From Alphaproteobacteria bacterium (GTDB lineage: Bacteria; Pseudomonadota; Alphaproteobacteria; UBA2966), in contig OZ219858.1 of NCBI GenBank assembly GCA_964291395.2, forward strand, positions 192,001-256,000: a stretch of DNA of 64,000 bases, written 5' to 3'. Positions 43,368-54,004 of the stretch are shown piece by piece. Each line of letters opens with the position of its first letter. Within the stretch, counting starts at the first letter, position 1. The position numbers were made by a program, and so were the translations under genes. Below the pieces are notes generated by a model. That model saw only the letters and a program-made list of their open reading frames with translations, searched no databases and was not told the origin of the DNA.

Positions 43368-44546
43368 ATGGCATTAAATAGATCGCGTGTCGCGGCGGTT
43401 GGCGCGGCATTGCTCCTCTCGAGTTGTTCATTCGCGACCGACGCGCTGTGGCCGTCGCTTACGGGAGAAAAGCCTTCCGAAGCGCCGCAAGCCCAGGCCT
43501 CCGAACCTGCCGCAAAGCCGATGTCCGCATCCACGCTTGGAACGGGGACGGGAGCGTCGCCCTCACCCCCGGCGCTTGGAACGACAAGTTTCGTTCTGCC
43601 GTCCGTGACGGCGGCCCAGCCTACGGGAACGTTCGTGGGCCAGAAGGTCGGGCAGCTGCGAAGCGAGCTTGAGACCTTGCAGAACAACGTCCGGCAGCGT
43701 AACGACAGCCTGCAGGAAATCCGCCGGACGACGACTCAGAACGCCCAGCGCTATCACGGGACGGTCGCCGCCGTTAACGCGCGATTGCAGCTCGGCACCA
43801 CGCCGGGCAACCCGGTGCTGGTCAGGCAATGGAATACCGCCCAATCGGAATTGGACCGGATCGGTGTCGATATCGCCGCGATGAACAGTCTGGCCAATTC
43901 GGTTGCGGCCGATTCGGCGATGGTATCCTACCTGCTCGAGACGACCCGCGCGACGTACGGTCTGCAAGGGGCTATCGACGAAGATCATCGCCAGCTCGCC
44001 ACCCTGGAGGATGAAACCAACCGGACGCTGGTCTTGATCGACCGATTGCTCAACGAGTTGAGCGAAGACATCAGTCGGCAGACCGCCTATGTCGGCAATG
44101 AACGCCGGAACCTGACGGCAATTTCACTCGCCATCAAGAACGGCGAGTACTACGGACAGAGCCTGTCGAGTCGCGCCTATCTCTCCGCCGCACCCCTTGC
44201 CAGCGCCGCGCCGTCGGGCAGCGACAGCAGCTTCGCCGCGGCCAATCGGCGGCCGCTCGTGGTGATTCGGTTCGACCGCGCGGATGTTCCTTACCAGCAG
44301 GCCTTGTACAACGCGGTTTCACGTGCACTCGAGCGTCGCCCGCAGGCCGCCTTCGAGCTCGTCGCCGTGACGCCCTCTCAGGGCACGGCGGCCGAGAACG
44401 CTCTCAACGCGTCCAAGGTCAAGCGGCATGCCGACGACGTTTTGAGAACGTTGATGGAGATGGGGCTCCCGGCGGACCGGGTCAACCTGTCGTCCACGAC
44501 CAGCGCGGAAGCGGCGACCAACGAAGTGCACATCTACGTGCGATAG
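43368..44546 (+). CDS. Hypothetical lipoprotein: coiled-coil region plus OmpA-like C-terminal domain
   Basis: LLSSC lipobox; heptad-rich middle; LVVIRFDR...LMEMGLPADRV...VHIYVR C-terminus. Confidence 0.75.
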   Translation: MALNRSRVAAVGAALLLSSCSFATDALWPSLTGEKPSEAPQAQASEPAAKPMSASTLGTGTGASPSPPALGTTSFVLPSVTAAQPTGTFVGQKVGQLRSELETLQNNVRQRNDSLQEIRRTTTQNAQRYHGTVAAVNARLQLGTTPGNPVLVRQWNTAQSELDRIGVDIAAMNSLANSVAADSAMVSYLLETTRATYGLQGAIDEDHRQLATLEDETNRTLVLIDRLLNELSEDISRQTAYVGNERRNLTAISLAIKNGEYYGQSLSSRAYLSAAPLASAAPSGSDSSFAAANRRPLVVIRFDRADVPYQQALYNAVSRALERRPQAAFELVAVTPSQGTAAENALNASKVKRHADDVLRTLMEMGLPADRVNLSSTTSAEAATNEVHIYVR

Positions 44547-44720
44547 GCTCCCCCGCCCTCCTGCGACGGACCTCCGGTCCGCGCCGAGGGAAGCAGGCGT
44601 CAAGCAAACGATACTATGCGGGGTCCGACACGGTAGGTCCGGAAGAGATCGACCGCACAGCCTCGATTGGACGACCGATTCCCCTGACGCCCTCTTCGCC
44701 TGTCCGGCGGGCCGCGGTCG

Positions 44721-46202
44721 TCAGTCCTCCCAATGGACCGCAGCCATGTCGTTCACGAACATCGGCCAGTTCTGCCACAGCCCCTTCAGCTCGCGGCGCG
44801 CAACCCCCGCCTTCGCCAACTGGAACAGAAAACCGTTCACGCAATCCGTCGCCAGCTTGCGCTGCGCCTCCCGGAGATGCGCGTAGCGTTCCTTCGTGTC
44901 GAGGACCGTATCCGCCTTCGCGATGATGTCCCGGAACTCCTGGTTGTCGTACTGGAAGTAATAATCCGGGCTTGCATAGATACTGATGTCGTTCGGCTCT
45001 ACGTGACTCACGATGCTCAGGTCATAGTTCTTCTGTTTGTAGACCACATCCAGCCAGCGCGCCCACTGCACGTTCTCGATGCTCACCTTGATACCCGCCT
45101 TGGCGAGTTGAGCGGCGATGATTTCTCCGCTGCGCCGGGCGTATTCGGGCGGCGGCAGCTGGAGCGTCAGCTCGAGACCGCCTTGGTGTCCGGCTTCCTT
45201 CAACAGGGCGCGCGCCTTGTCCAAATCGTGGGCCCGGAGATCGGTAAGGTCGACGTAGGCTGGATGATGCGGCGGGAAATGACTTCCGATCGGCGTTGCA
45301 TAGCCGAATTCCGACCCGTTGATGATTTCCTCGCGGTTGATGGCATGGGCGATGGCGCAACGGACCCGGACGTCATCGAGCGGCGGCCGTTTGTTGTTCG
45401 TCGAGAGAATGGTCTCGCCCTCGGTCGTTCCCTGGAGGATTTGGAACCGTGGATCGTTTTCGAACTGCTTCAGAGTCTCCAGAGCACCGATGCGCGGGAA
45501 CACGTCGACGTCCCCTGCCATCATCGCCGCCACTTGGGCATTTGCGTCTCCGACGAACTTGAACGTGACTTTGCTCAGCTTGATGTCACCCGGGCTTCGG
45601 TACTGAGGATTCCGTTCGAGAACCACCGAATCACCCTTCGTCCATTTCACGAACTTGAACGGCCCCGTTCCCACGGGATGGGTCGCATTCGTCTCTGCGG
45701 TTTCCGGTGCGACGATAACGGCCGTGCTTTCTCCCAGATTGAACAACAGGAGCGGGTTGGGTTCCTTCAGGCGAATGACGAGAGTCTGCGGGTCGGGAGC
45801 ATCCAAGCTCTCCATGTTCTCGAACCGGCTCTTGCGCTTGTTCGTGCTTTGCTCCGACGCGTTGCGCTCGAACGTGAACTTGACGTCAGCGGAATCGAAA
45901 GCGCTGCCGTCCGAAAACCTGACGCCCTGCCGCAGCTCGAACGTGAAGGTCTTCAAATCATCCGAAACGGTCCAGCCGGTCGCCAGCCCGGGTCCGACCT
46001 CGCCGCGCTCGTCGATGCGCGTCAGTCCCTCAAAGATGTTGTAGAGCGTTATCTGGCTGATCGCCGCGGCGGCGCCCATCGTCGGGTCCAGGCCCGGCGG
46101 TTCGAGGCGCATGCCTACGACGGCGCTGTCTCTGGCCGCCAAAGTGAACTGGGAAATCGTCAGGACGACGACGACGGTCAGACCGCCCAGAATTCCTTTC
46201 AT
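44721..46202 (-). CDS. ABC transporter substrate-binding protein, family 5 (peptide/nickel)
   Basis: LDPT, FELRQGVRFSDG, GTGPFKF, VRCAIAHAINR. Confidence 0.9.
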   Translation of the reverse strand: MKGILGGLTVVVVLTISQFTLAARDSAVVGMRLEPPGLDPTMGAAAAISQITLYNIFEGLTRIDERGEVGPGLATGWTVSDDLKTFTFELRQGVRFSDGSAFDSADVKFTFERNASEQSTNKRKSRFENMESLDAPDPQTLVIRLKEPNPLLLFNLGESTAVIVAPETAETNATHPVGTGPFKFVKWTKGDSVVLERNPQYRSPGDIKLSKVTFKFVGDANAQVAAMMAGDVDVFPRIGALETLKQFENDPRFQILQGTTEGETILSTNNKRPPLDDVRVRCAIAHAINREEIINGSEFGYATPIGSHFPPHHPAYVDLTDLRAHDLDKARALLKEAGHQGGLELTLQLPPPEYARRSGEIIAAQLAKAGIKVSIENVQWARWLDVVYKQKNYDLSIVSHVEPNDISIYASPDYYFQYDNQEFRDIIAKADTVLDTKERYAHLREAQRKLATDCVNGFLFQLAKAGVARRELKGLWQNWPMFVNDMAAVHWED

Positions 46203-46214
46203 TGGACCCTCCCT

Positions 46215-47222
46215 TTACGCTTCTTCGGTCCCCGCGCGGTGCCGTGACCGGTAACCCGGACTATCCCCCAGAGTTTCCGCCGCGTAAACGCCCCGGGCAA
46301 TGGCGCGGGACAAACAATCTGCGGCCATCATTCCAATCTCCGCCACCTGCTCGGCACCTTCGTGCGGTCCATCGCCCGTGGCAAGCGCAAAAACCGTATC
46401 GCCGTCGAAAGGCGTATGCGCGGGCCGAACCGCGCGGGCGATCCCGTCATGCGCCATCATGGCGACACGCTGCGCTTGCGCGACGTCCAGCCTCGCATTC
46501 GTCGCCACGACGGCGATCGTCGTATTCGCACCCGCTCCCGGGCTGCCATGGGACTCGAAGTCCTTGCCTGCGCTCGACCCACCCGGCCGTCCGCCGCCGA
46601 ACTCGTTGCCGTGCTCGAACGGCCAGGCCCAAAAGGCGTCACTCCCCGGCATCACCACCGATCCGTATGGATTGGCCGCTGCAAGAGCGCCGACCTGCAG
46701 GCCGCTCGGTGATACGGACGACGCGCTTCCCAGGCCGCCCTTGAGATCACCGGCCGTGGCGCCGAGACCGGCGCCGATATTGCCCAGCGGGAACTCCGCG
46801 GAGGCGTTTTCGCACGCCGCCCGAGCAAGTCTTCGGTACGGGGGTGTAGATCCCCATCCCTTGTCGCCCCCGTTCAGCAGGTCGAACAGGATGGCGGCAG
46901 GCACGATGGGCACGCGCGCGTCACCGACCGCGAATCCCCGTCCGCGTTCCCGCAGCCACGCCATCGCGCCGGAAGCGGACTCGAGCCCGAACGCGGATCC
47001 CCCGGACAGGACGATGGCATCGACCCGTTCGACGAGGCACGTTGGATTTAGCGCGTCCGTTTCGCGTGTGCCGGGGGCGCCGCCCCGCACGTCCACGGCA
47101 GCCGTCACTGACCGGTCGGGAAGAACCACGGTGACACCCGTTCTCATCTCGTGGTCTTCAGCGTTGCCGACGCGGACTCCGTCTACGTCCGAGATCAGAT
47201 TATTTGGACCTGGATGATGCAT
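46215..47222 (-). CDS. P1 family (DmpA/S58) peptidase
   Basis: DVRGGAPGTRET, LSGGSAFGL, ANTT, HTPFDGD. Confidence 0.9.
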   Translation of the reverse strand: MHHPGPNNLISDVDGVRVGNAEDHEMRTGVTVVLPDRSVTAAVDVRGGAPGTRETDALNPTCLVERVDAIVLSGGSAFGLESASGAMAWLRERGRGFAVGDARVPIVPAAILFDLLNGGDKGWGSTPPYRRLARAACENASAEFPLGNIGAGLGATAGDLKGGLGSASSVSPSGLQVGALAAANPYGSVVMPGSDAFWAWPFEHGNEFGGGRPGGSSAGKDFESHGSPGAGANTTIAVVATNARLDVAQAQRVAMMAHDGIARAVRPAHTPFDGDTVFALATGDGPHEGAEQVAEIGMMAADCLSRAIARGVYAAETLGDSPGYRSRHRAGTEEA

Positions 47223-47261
47223 GCGCCGACCGGGTGATGGCTCAACTACCGGGAGCTTCTC

Positions 47262-48026
47262 TCAGGCGCATGCCAAGATGAAGAGGCGTTTGAACGGAAA
47301 CAGCGTCATCCCGTCGGGCCTTGGTGGATACGCGTCGGAGACGCAACGTTCGTAGTGTCGCAAGAACTCGGCTCGCTCGCCTTCGGTAAGTGCGCCCAGC
47401 AATGGCCGCAATATCGTACCGGACGTCCACTCCACGACCGGCGCTTCGCCCTCGAGCACTTGGTAGTACTCGATTTCCCAGACCTCAACGGTGCTCGCGT
47501 AGGGTTTCAACAGGCCGTAGTAGTGCGCGGGAAGCGCAACCGGGTTCGGACGGGTAAGCGGCAGAAGCCTGTCGCGCCACGGCCCGGCATCGACGGCCTG
47601 CGTGATACAGGTGTGGGACGGCGCCGAAAAGTTTCTCGGCATTTGCACCGCGAGCGTCCCTCCTTTCGCCAGGAACCGCACGAGCCGCGGAAACAGCTGG
47701 TCGTGATGGTCGAGCCAGTGCAGCACGGCATTGGAGACGATGAGATCCGGCGGCGCGTCCGGGCTCCACCATTCGACATCCGCTCGTTGCCAATCGACGC
47801 CGGCCACTTGCTGCCGCGCTCGTTCGAGCATCTCCGGCGAGTCGTCGACGCCGACGATTCGGGAGTTTGGCCAGCGCTCCCGTAGAACCGCCGTGACCAT
47901 GCCGGTGCCGCAGCCGAGATCGACGATCACGTTCGGCGCATCGATTGAAACACGCGCCAGAAGATCGATGGCCGGACGAAGCCGAAGACCGTCGAATTTC
48001 AGATACTGCGCCGGATCCCAGCTCAG
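47262..48026 (-). CDS. tam: Trans-aconitate 2-methyltransferase (probable CTG start at 48026)
   Basis: SWDPAQY, RPAIDLL, DLGCGTG, NAVLHW, AVQMP, FPFKRLF. Confidence 0.9.
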   Translation of the reverse strand: MSWDPAQYLKFDGLRLRPAIDLLARVSIDAPNVIVDLGCGTGMVTAVLRERWPNSRIVGVDDSPEMLERARQQVAGVDWQRADVEWWSPDAPPDLIVSNAVLHWLDHHDQLFPRLVRFLAKGGTLAVQMPRNFSAPSHTCITQAVDAGPWRDRLLPLTRPNPVALPAHYYGLLKPYASTVEVWEIEYYQVLEGEAPVVEWTSGTILRPLLGALTEGERAEFLRHYERCVSDAYPPRPDGMTLFPFKRLFILACA

Positions 48027-48116
48027 ACGCTCACCCTCCGGCCACCAAACGACCGGGCCGCGTCTCGGCACCATTCGTCGTGCGCGGATTCCAGCCCATG
48101 CCGACACCGCGCCGCA

Positions 48117-49529
48117 TTATGCCTCTGCAAGTTCGACGCGGAATCGCGTCCCTCCGGGACCTGATTCCATGAGTCTGACCTCTCCGCCGTGAGCGCGCGC
48201 GATATCGCGGGCAATGACGAGTCCGAGTCCCGTGCTGCCTTCGCGCTCCGATTTCGCGAAGGCTTTGAAGAGACTCCCCCGCAGCTCATCGGCCAATCCC
48301 GGGCCGTCATCCGTCACATCGACCGAAACCATCCCATTTTCCCGATGCGCCGTGACCTTGACCAGTCCTTCGGCGCCCGAATCCTCGCTTTGGATCGCCC
48401 CCACGGCATTACGTCCGATGTTCAGAAGCGCTCGGAACACCTGCTCGCGGTCCGCCGAGAGCACGAAAGGCGAGTCGATTTCGTTGAACCACTTGATCTC
48501 GCTCTCCTGCGACAGGCCCAGGGACAGTCCGACGTCCTCCACCAGGTCACGAAGATCGAATTCACGTCGATGAATTTTGCCGTCGGCGTGACCGACGAAA
48601 CTCAGGGTATTGCTGCACAGGTCGACGGCACGATCGATCGCCCGAACCAGAGTCGGTGTTACCCGACGGACTTCGGGGTCCGTGCTGTTGACGATTCGGT
48701 CGGAGATCAACTGTGCCGTGGCCAGAATGTTCCTGAGATCATGACTGATCTTGCTCACCGCTGTCCCGAGCGTGGCGAGACGATCCTTCTGCTGAAGCGA
48801 AGCCCTGAGATCGACCTGCATGAGCACCAGTTCGCGCTGCGCCAGGCCGATCTCGTCCTTCCGCGTCGAAGGCACGATCGTACTGCTGACATCTTCGGGG
48901 TGCTCGTGGAATTCCACCATGCTCCGGGTGATTCGCGTCATGGGCCGGACCATGAGCCATTGCAGCGCGACGTAGACCAGACCTGCCGTTATTAGCGAGA
49001 TCATCACCGACAGGCTCATGATGCGCCAGGAGTAGTCGTACATCGCGGACACGAGCGGGGCCTCGTCGAGCACGACCTCGATGACGAGTTCCGGATTTTG
49101 GCGCGAACGCCCGACCACGTGGATGGTGCGGTCCGGTCGTGGGCGCAGTGCATCGAAAGCGTCCCGGATCAGATCGTGCGGCATCGCGTCACTGAGGTAG
49201 TACATGGCATCGATGTTCTTGGGCATGTCGTCAGCCAGTACCAATCGCCGTGCGGTGGGTCCCTTGATGATCACCGTCTTTGCCTGTGCGTGCGACAACA
49301 GCTCCATCGCCAGCTCTTCGCTGACCAGCTTGTCGGGCGTCGCTTCGAGCGCCAGTGACGCGAGTTCCGCAGCTGCAAGCCGTTGCTCCAGATATACCGC
49401 ACGGAAGCGGGAGATCGAGGGCACGAAGATGAGCACCTCGGCAAGCATGACAAAAGCGATGGTGAGCAGGAGCAGTCGCGCCGAAAGGCTGCTTGCCAAC
49501 GGTGGCTGAGTCAGCGGAGTATCCGTCAT
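48117..49529 (-). CDS. HAMP-domain sensor histidine kinase
   Basis: Two TM helices, DEIG, SHDLRN H-box, DDGPG, GLGL. Confidence 0.9.
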   Translation of the reverse strand: MTDTPLTQPPLASSLSARLLLLTIAFVMLAEVLIFVPSISRFRAVYLEQRLAAAELASLALEATPDKLVSEELAMELLSHAQAKTVIIKGPTARRLVLADDMPKNIDAMYYLSDAMPHDLIRDAFDALRPRPDRTIHVVGRSRQNPELVIEVVLDEAPLVSAMYDYSWRIMSLSVMISLITAGLVYVALQWLMVRPMTRITRSMVEFHEHPEDVSSTIVPSTRKDEIGLAQRELVLMQVDLRASLQQKDRLATLGTAVSKISHDLRNILATAQLISDRIVNSTDPEVRRVTPTLVRAIDRAVDLCSNTLSFVGHADGKIHRREFDLRDLVEDVGLSLGLSQESEIKWFNEIDSPFVLSADREQVFRALLNIGRNAVGAIQSEDSGAEGLVKVTAHRENGMVSVDVTDDGPGLADELRGSLFKAFAKSEREGSTGLGLVIARDIARAHGGEVRLMESGPGGTRFRVELAEA

Positions 49530-49721
49530 GTCCTCAACAGTTCGCCGGATCGATCCGGTCGATGCTCCTCGTGCCCACCTTTGCTCGGGACCGGCCGCAA
49601 TCATGTAGGACCCGTTGACCGAACCGCAACCTTCACGGTCCGCTCCGGGTTTCGGCCTCCAACGGGGAAATGGCGGAAGATTTCTCTCCCGCCGCCCGAT
49701 GATCGAGGTTGTGTCGCCCGA

Positions 49722-49750
49722 TTGACTTGAACAGGACGAAACCTTATACA
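49722..49750 (+). promoter_or_regulatory. sigma70 promoter of the rpmH operon
   Basis: TTGACT-N17-TATACA. Confidence 0.6.
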
Positions 49751-49802
49751 GCGCCCACATTCAGGGCCGCCCCGAGGGGCTTCACCCCATGGAGAATATT
49801 GA

Positions 49803-49937
49803 GTGAAGCGCACCTTTCAGCCGAGCAATCTCGTGCGCAAACGGCGGCACGGATTTCGCAAACGCATGTCGTCGGTCGGTGGTCGCGCTGTTCTCGCGCG
49901 GCGACGGTCGAGAAAACGCAAGCGTCTGTCTGCGTAG
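49803..49937 (+). CDS. rpmH: 50S ribosomal protein L34 (44 aa, not in ORF track)
   Basis: GTG start; [44 protein letters not shown]. Confidence 0.97.
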   Translation: MKRTFQPSNLVRKRRHGFRKRMSSVGGRAVLARRRSRKRKRLSA

Positions 49938-49942
49938 AGTCC

Positions 49943-50329
49943 ATGGCAGCCGGCGTCATACGGCTGAAACGACGGGCGGATTTCCTTAGAATTGCGGGAA
50001 GCGGGCGTAAGAGGGTGACGCCTGGCTTCGTATTGCAGGCTGATCGGACACCAACGGGCACAGCCGCCAAACAGGAAAACCCGGCGATGCGCGTTGGATT
50101 CACCGTGACCCGAAAAGTGGGGAAGGCCGTGGTCAGAAACAGAGCCAAACGACGCCTCAGGGCCATCGCCCAAGAGGTGCTCGCGGGCCATGGCAGGCTC
50201 GGCTACGACTATGTGCTGATCGGCCGACGGAATACGGTGTCGCGGCCCTATGGCGACCTCGTGACCGATTTGAAGTCCGCGTTGTCCGGACTGCACGCGG
50301 ATGGCCCCGCCGTGAGGGACCCGGACTAG
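49943..50329 (+). CDS. rnpA: Ribonuclease P protein component
   Basis: [32 protein letters not shown]. Confidence 0.95.
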   Translation: MAAGVIRLKRRADFLRIAGSGRKRVTPGFVLQADRTPTGTAAKQENPAMRVGFTVTRKVGKAVVRNRAKRRLRAIAQEVLAGHGRLGYDYVLIGRRNTVSRPYGDLVTDLKSALSGLHADGPAVRDPD

Positions 50330-50339
50330 GTCGGCGCGG

Positions 50340-50600
50340 ATGCGGGGCTTGGCATTCAATCCGCTGCTGCTGGTCCTGGTCGGACTGGTCCGCGCCTACC
50401 GTTGGGGGGTCTCGCCGTTCATCGTCCCGAGTTGCCGATTCGCACCGAGCTGTTCCGAGTACGCCCTGGAAGCACTGATTCGATTCGGAGCCCTGCACGG
50501 CGGATACTTGGCGGTGCGGAGGATTTTGCGGTGCCACCCATGGGGAGGTACCGGATACGACCCGGTTCCCGGGTCACCCCCTCCGATGCCTCGGTGCTGA
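50340..50600 (+). CDS. yidD: Membrane protein insertion efficiency factor
   Basis: [27 protein letters not shown]. Confidence 0.95.
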   Translation: MRGLAFNPLLLVLVGLVRAYRWGVSPFIVPSCRFAPSCSEYALEALIRFGALHGGYLAVRRILRCHPWGGTGYDPVPGSPPPMPRC

Positions 50601-50620
50601 GCAAGATCGGCCAGCCCTAA

Positions 50621-52401
50621 ATGTCGGATCAGAAAAACCTCATCCTGGCGGTCGTGCTGTCCGTCGTCATTCTGATGTTGTGGGACATGATGTACCGGCG
50701 TCCGGCGGTTGATGACCTCGCGCCGCCACCGAGTACGGAGCAGCAGGTGGCGGAAAGGCAGTCGACGGCACCTCAGGCGCCACCGGCCGTCTCACCCGGG
50801 TCGGCGCCGACCGCACCCGCGGCGCCCGGCACGTCCGCCACCGCGCCGATGACGCGTCAGGCGGTTGCGGCCACCGACGATTCGCTGCGCGTGAGTATCG
50901 AAGCGAGCCGCATCGAGGGTTCCATCCGGCTGGAAGGCGCGCGCTTCGACGATCTCCTGCTCTCCGACTACCGCGAGACGATCGGGCCGGACAGCGAGAA
51001 CATCGTGCTGCTGTCACCTGCCGGCACGCCCGATTCGTACTATGTGGAATTCGGCTGGGCCGTCGGGGCGGGGACGAACGCGCCCGTGCCGAATACCACC
51101 ACGCCCTGGCAAGCCAATGGCGACGTTCTGGTGCCGGGGGCACCGATCACGCTCGAGTGGGACAACGGTGGGGGCCTGCTGTTTCAGCGAACCATATCCG
51201 TGGACGAGAACTATCTGATTTCAATTTCGCAGCGCGTCTCGAACGGCAGCACCGCACCCGTCACGCTGCACCCTTACGGTCTGGTCTCGCGCGCGAACCC
51301 ACCGGACACCCTCGGATTCTTCATCCTTCACGAAGGCCCCATCGGGGTCCTCAACGACGATCTCGAGGAGATCGATTACGACGATCTGCAGGACGACGGC
51401 CGGCAGACTATTCACAGCACGGGCGGTTGGCTCGGAATCACGGACAAGTACTGGCTTACCGCGCTCGTTCCCGACCAGTCCGAATCGATCCACACCAGCT
51501 TCAATCACACGGTGGTGGATGGTACCGACCAGTACCAGGTTGATTTTCTCGGCGGACCTCGGGTGATTCCGGCCGGGGGCGCGATCGAGGTTTCGAGTCA
51601 GCTCTTCGCGGGTGCCAAGGAGGTGCACCTGCTGGATACGTACACGGAAACCCAGGGCATTCCGCGGTTCGATCTCGCCGTGGACTTCGGCTGGTTCTAC
51701 TTCCTGACCAAGCCGATCTTTTTCGTGCTCGACTACCTCAACCGGGGGTTGGAGAACTTCGGCCTGGCCATTCTGGTATTCACCGTCATCATCCGCATTC
51801 TGTTCTACCCGCTGGCGAACAAGTCGTTCCGGGCGATGCACGCCATGCGCAAGTTGCAGCCCGAGATGACGAAGATGCGGGAACAGTACGCTGACGATCG
51901 CCAAAAACTTCATCAGGCGATGATGGATCTGTACCGCCGGGAAAAGGTCAATCCGATGGCGGGATGTCTGCCGATCGCCATGCAGATTCCCGTTTATTTT
52001 TCGCCCTGTACAAGGTCCTGTTCGTCACTATCGAGATGCGTCACGCACCCTTCTACGGCTGGATTCAGGACCTGTCCGCGGCCGACCCCACGACCATATT
52101 CAATCTGTTCGGCCTCATTCCCTGGGATCCGCCCCTGTTCCTGCAGATCGGGATCTGGCCGCTCCTCATGGGCGTCTCCATGTTCCTGCAACAGAAGATC
52201 AATCCGCAGCCCGTCGATCCCATACAGGCGAAGATCTTCCTCGCCCTTCCGATCGTGTTCACGTTCGTCTTGGCCCAATTCCCTGCGGGCCTCGTCATCT
52301 ACTGGACGTGGAACAACGTGCTGTCGATGGCGCAGCAATGGATGATCTACAAGCGTGCCGGAATCACCAAGCAACCGGCACAACCCGCAAAACCCACGTA
52401 G
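50621..52401 (+). CDS. yidC: Membrane protein insertase YidC, split by an apparent frameshift at about 51995-52000
   Basis: N-part to [15 protein letters not shown]; continues in another frame [19 protein letters not shown]...[12 protein letters not shown]. Confidence 0.93.
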
Positions 52402-52405
52402 CGCC

Positions 52406-53074
52406 ATGACGTCGGCGGTGGAACTTCCGCCGGAGGAGGCCTGGCGCGACGCGGACGCGCTGGAGCGCGGTCGACTGCTGTTCGCGGGACCCTGTGAGTT
52501 CGTCACCGGCGTCGCCGAGCTCGGTCAGTTGCCCGAATCGGGTCTGCCCGAAATCGCCTTCGCCGGGCGATCCAACGTGGGAAAATCGAGCCTCATCAAC
52601 GGCCTGACGAACCGAAAGGCTCTCGCCCGCGCGTCCTCGGCGCCCGGTCGGACACGTCAGATCAACTTTTTCTTACTCCATGAGCGAGTGATGCTGGTCG
52701 ATCTGCCGGGATACGGCTACGCCAAGGCGCCGAGGAGTGAGGCTCGGACCTGGAACAAGCTCGTCAATGCATACCTCGCTGGCCGGCAAACGCTTCTCCG
52801 AACCATCCTGCTCATCGACGCCCGCCACGGCCTGAAACCCGCGGACGATCCTGTGATGGAGCTGCTCGACTCCGCCGCCGTATCCTACCAGGCCGTGATG
52901 ACCAAGTCGGACAAGCTCAAACCTCCGGCGCGGCTCGAGGTTCGGACGGCTACCCTGTCGCAACTGTCGGGACATGCGGCGGCCCACCCAAGCCTTCTGT
53001 TTACCAGCGCCTCCGACGGCGAAGGCTTGCCGGAACTCCGATCCGCGATCGCGGCGCTGGTGGATGGTCCTTGA
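52406..53074 (+). CDS. engB: Ribosome biogenesis GTPase YihA/EngB
   Basis: GRSNVGKSS, PGRT, DLPGYGYA, TKSDK. Confidence 0.95.
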   Translation: MTSAVELPPEEAWRDADALERGRLLFAGPCEFVTGVAELGQLPESGLPEIAFAGRSNVGKSSLINGLTNRKALARASSAPGRTRQINFFLLHERVMLVDLPGYGYAKAPRSEARTWNKLVNAYLAGRQTLLRTILLIDARHGLKPADDPVMELLDSAAVSYQAVMTKSDKLKPPARLEVRTATLSQLSGHAAAHPSLLFTSASDGEGLPELRSAIAALVDGP

Positions 53075-53095
53075 TTACTCTATAACCCGCGGCTC

Positions 53096-54004
53096 ATGAG
53101 CCGCACGCGCAAAGACAAGCCCGCATACGACCTCGACACTGCTCGGACGCTGACCGAAGCGCTTCCTTACATGCACCGCTTTGCTCGTCAGACCTTCGTC
53201 ATCAAGTACGGCGGCGCGGCCATGGGCGACGACGCGCTTCGGAGCGCGTTCGCGTCGGACATCGTTTTGCTCAAGCAGGTCGGCATCAACCCCGTCGTGG
53301 TCCACGGGGGCGGGCCGCAGATTGGCGCGATGCTCGACCGCCTCAAGATCAAGAGCTCGTTTGTCGACGGCCTGCGCGTCACCGACGGCGCGACCGTCGA
53401 GATCGTCGAAATGGTTCTGTCGGGATCCATCAACAAGCAGATCGTCGCTGCGATCAATGAAGCCGGCGGCACGGCGGTGGGACTGTCTGGAAAAGACGGT
53501 CGGCTCATAACGGCCAAGCGGTTGAGACGGCGGAAACGGGACCCCGATTCGAACATCGAGCGCGTTCTCGATCTGGGATTCGTGGGAGAACCCACCGAGG
53601 TCAACGGTGCCGTGCTCGAGTCTCTGGCGGCCAGCTCCGTCATCCCCGTCATCGCCCCCATCGCGTCGGGGCGGACAGGCGAGACCTTCAACATCAATGC
53701 CGATACGGCGGCCGGCGCCATCGCGGGCGCCCTCAGCGCGAGCAAGTTGATCATGTTGACGGACGTCCCGGGCGTTCTGGACAAACGGGGCGATCTGATC
53801 AGCGAGTTGACGCCTGCTCAGGCCAGGCGCCTCATCTCGGGCAAAACAGTGTCGGGCGGCATGATCCCCAAGGTTGAGACCTGCCTGACCGCAATCGGGT
53901 CGGGGTGCGGCGCCGCTCACGTCCTGGATGGCCGGGTCCCCCATACGCTCTTGCTCGAAATCTTCACGGAGCAGGGAATCGGTACCAAGATCTATGGCAA
54001 GTAG
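53096..54004 (+). CDS. argB: Acetylglutamate kinase
   Basis: [30 protein letters not shown]. Confidence 0.96.
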   Translation: MSRTRKDKPAYDLDTARTLTEALPYMHRFARQTFVIKYGGAAMGDDALRSAFASDIVLLKQVGINPVVVHGGGPQIGAMLDRLKIKSSFVDGLRVTDGATVEIVEMVLSGSINKQIVAAINEAGGTAVGLSGKDGRLITAKRLRRRKRDPDSNIERVLDLGFVGEPTEVNGAVLESLAASSVIPVIAPIASGRTGETFNINADTAAGAIAGALSASKLIMLTDVPGVLDKRGDLISELTPAQARRLISGKTVSGGMIPKVETCLTAIGSGCGAAHVLDGRVPHTLLLEIFTEQGIGTKIYGK

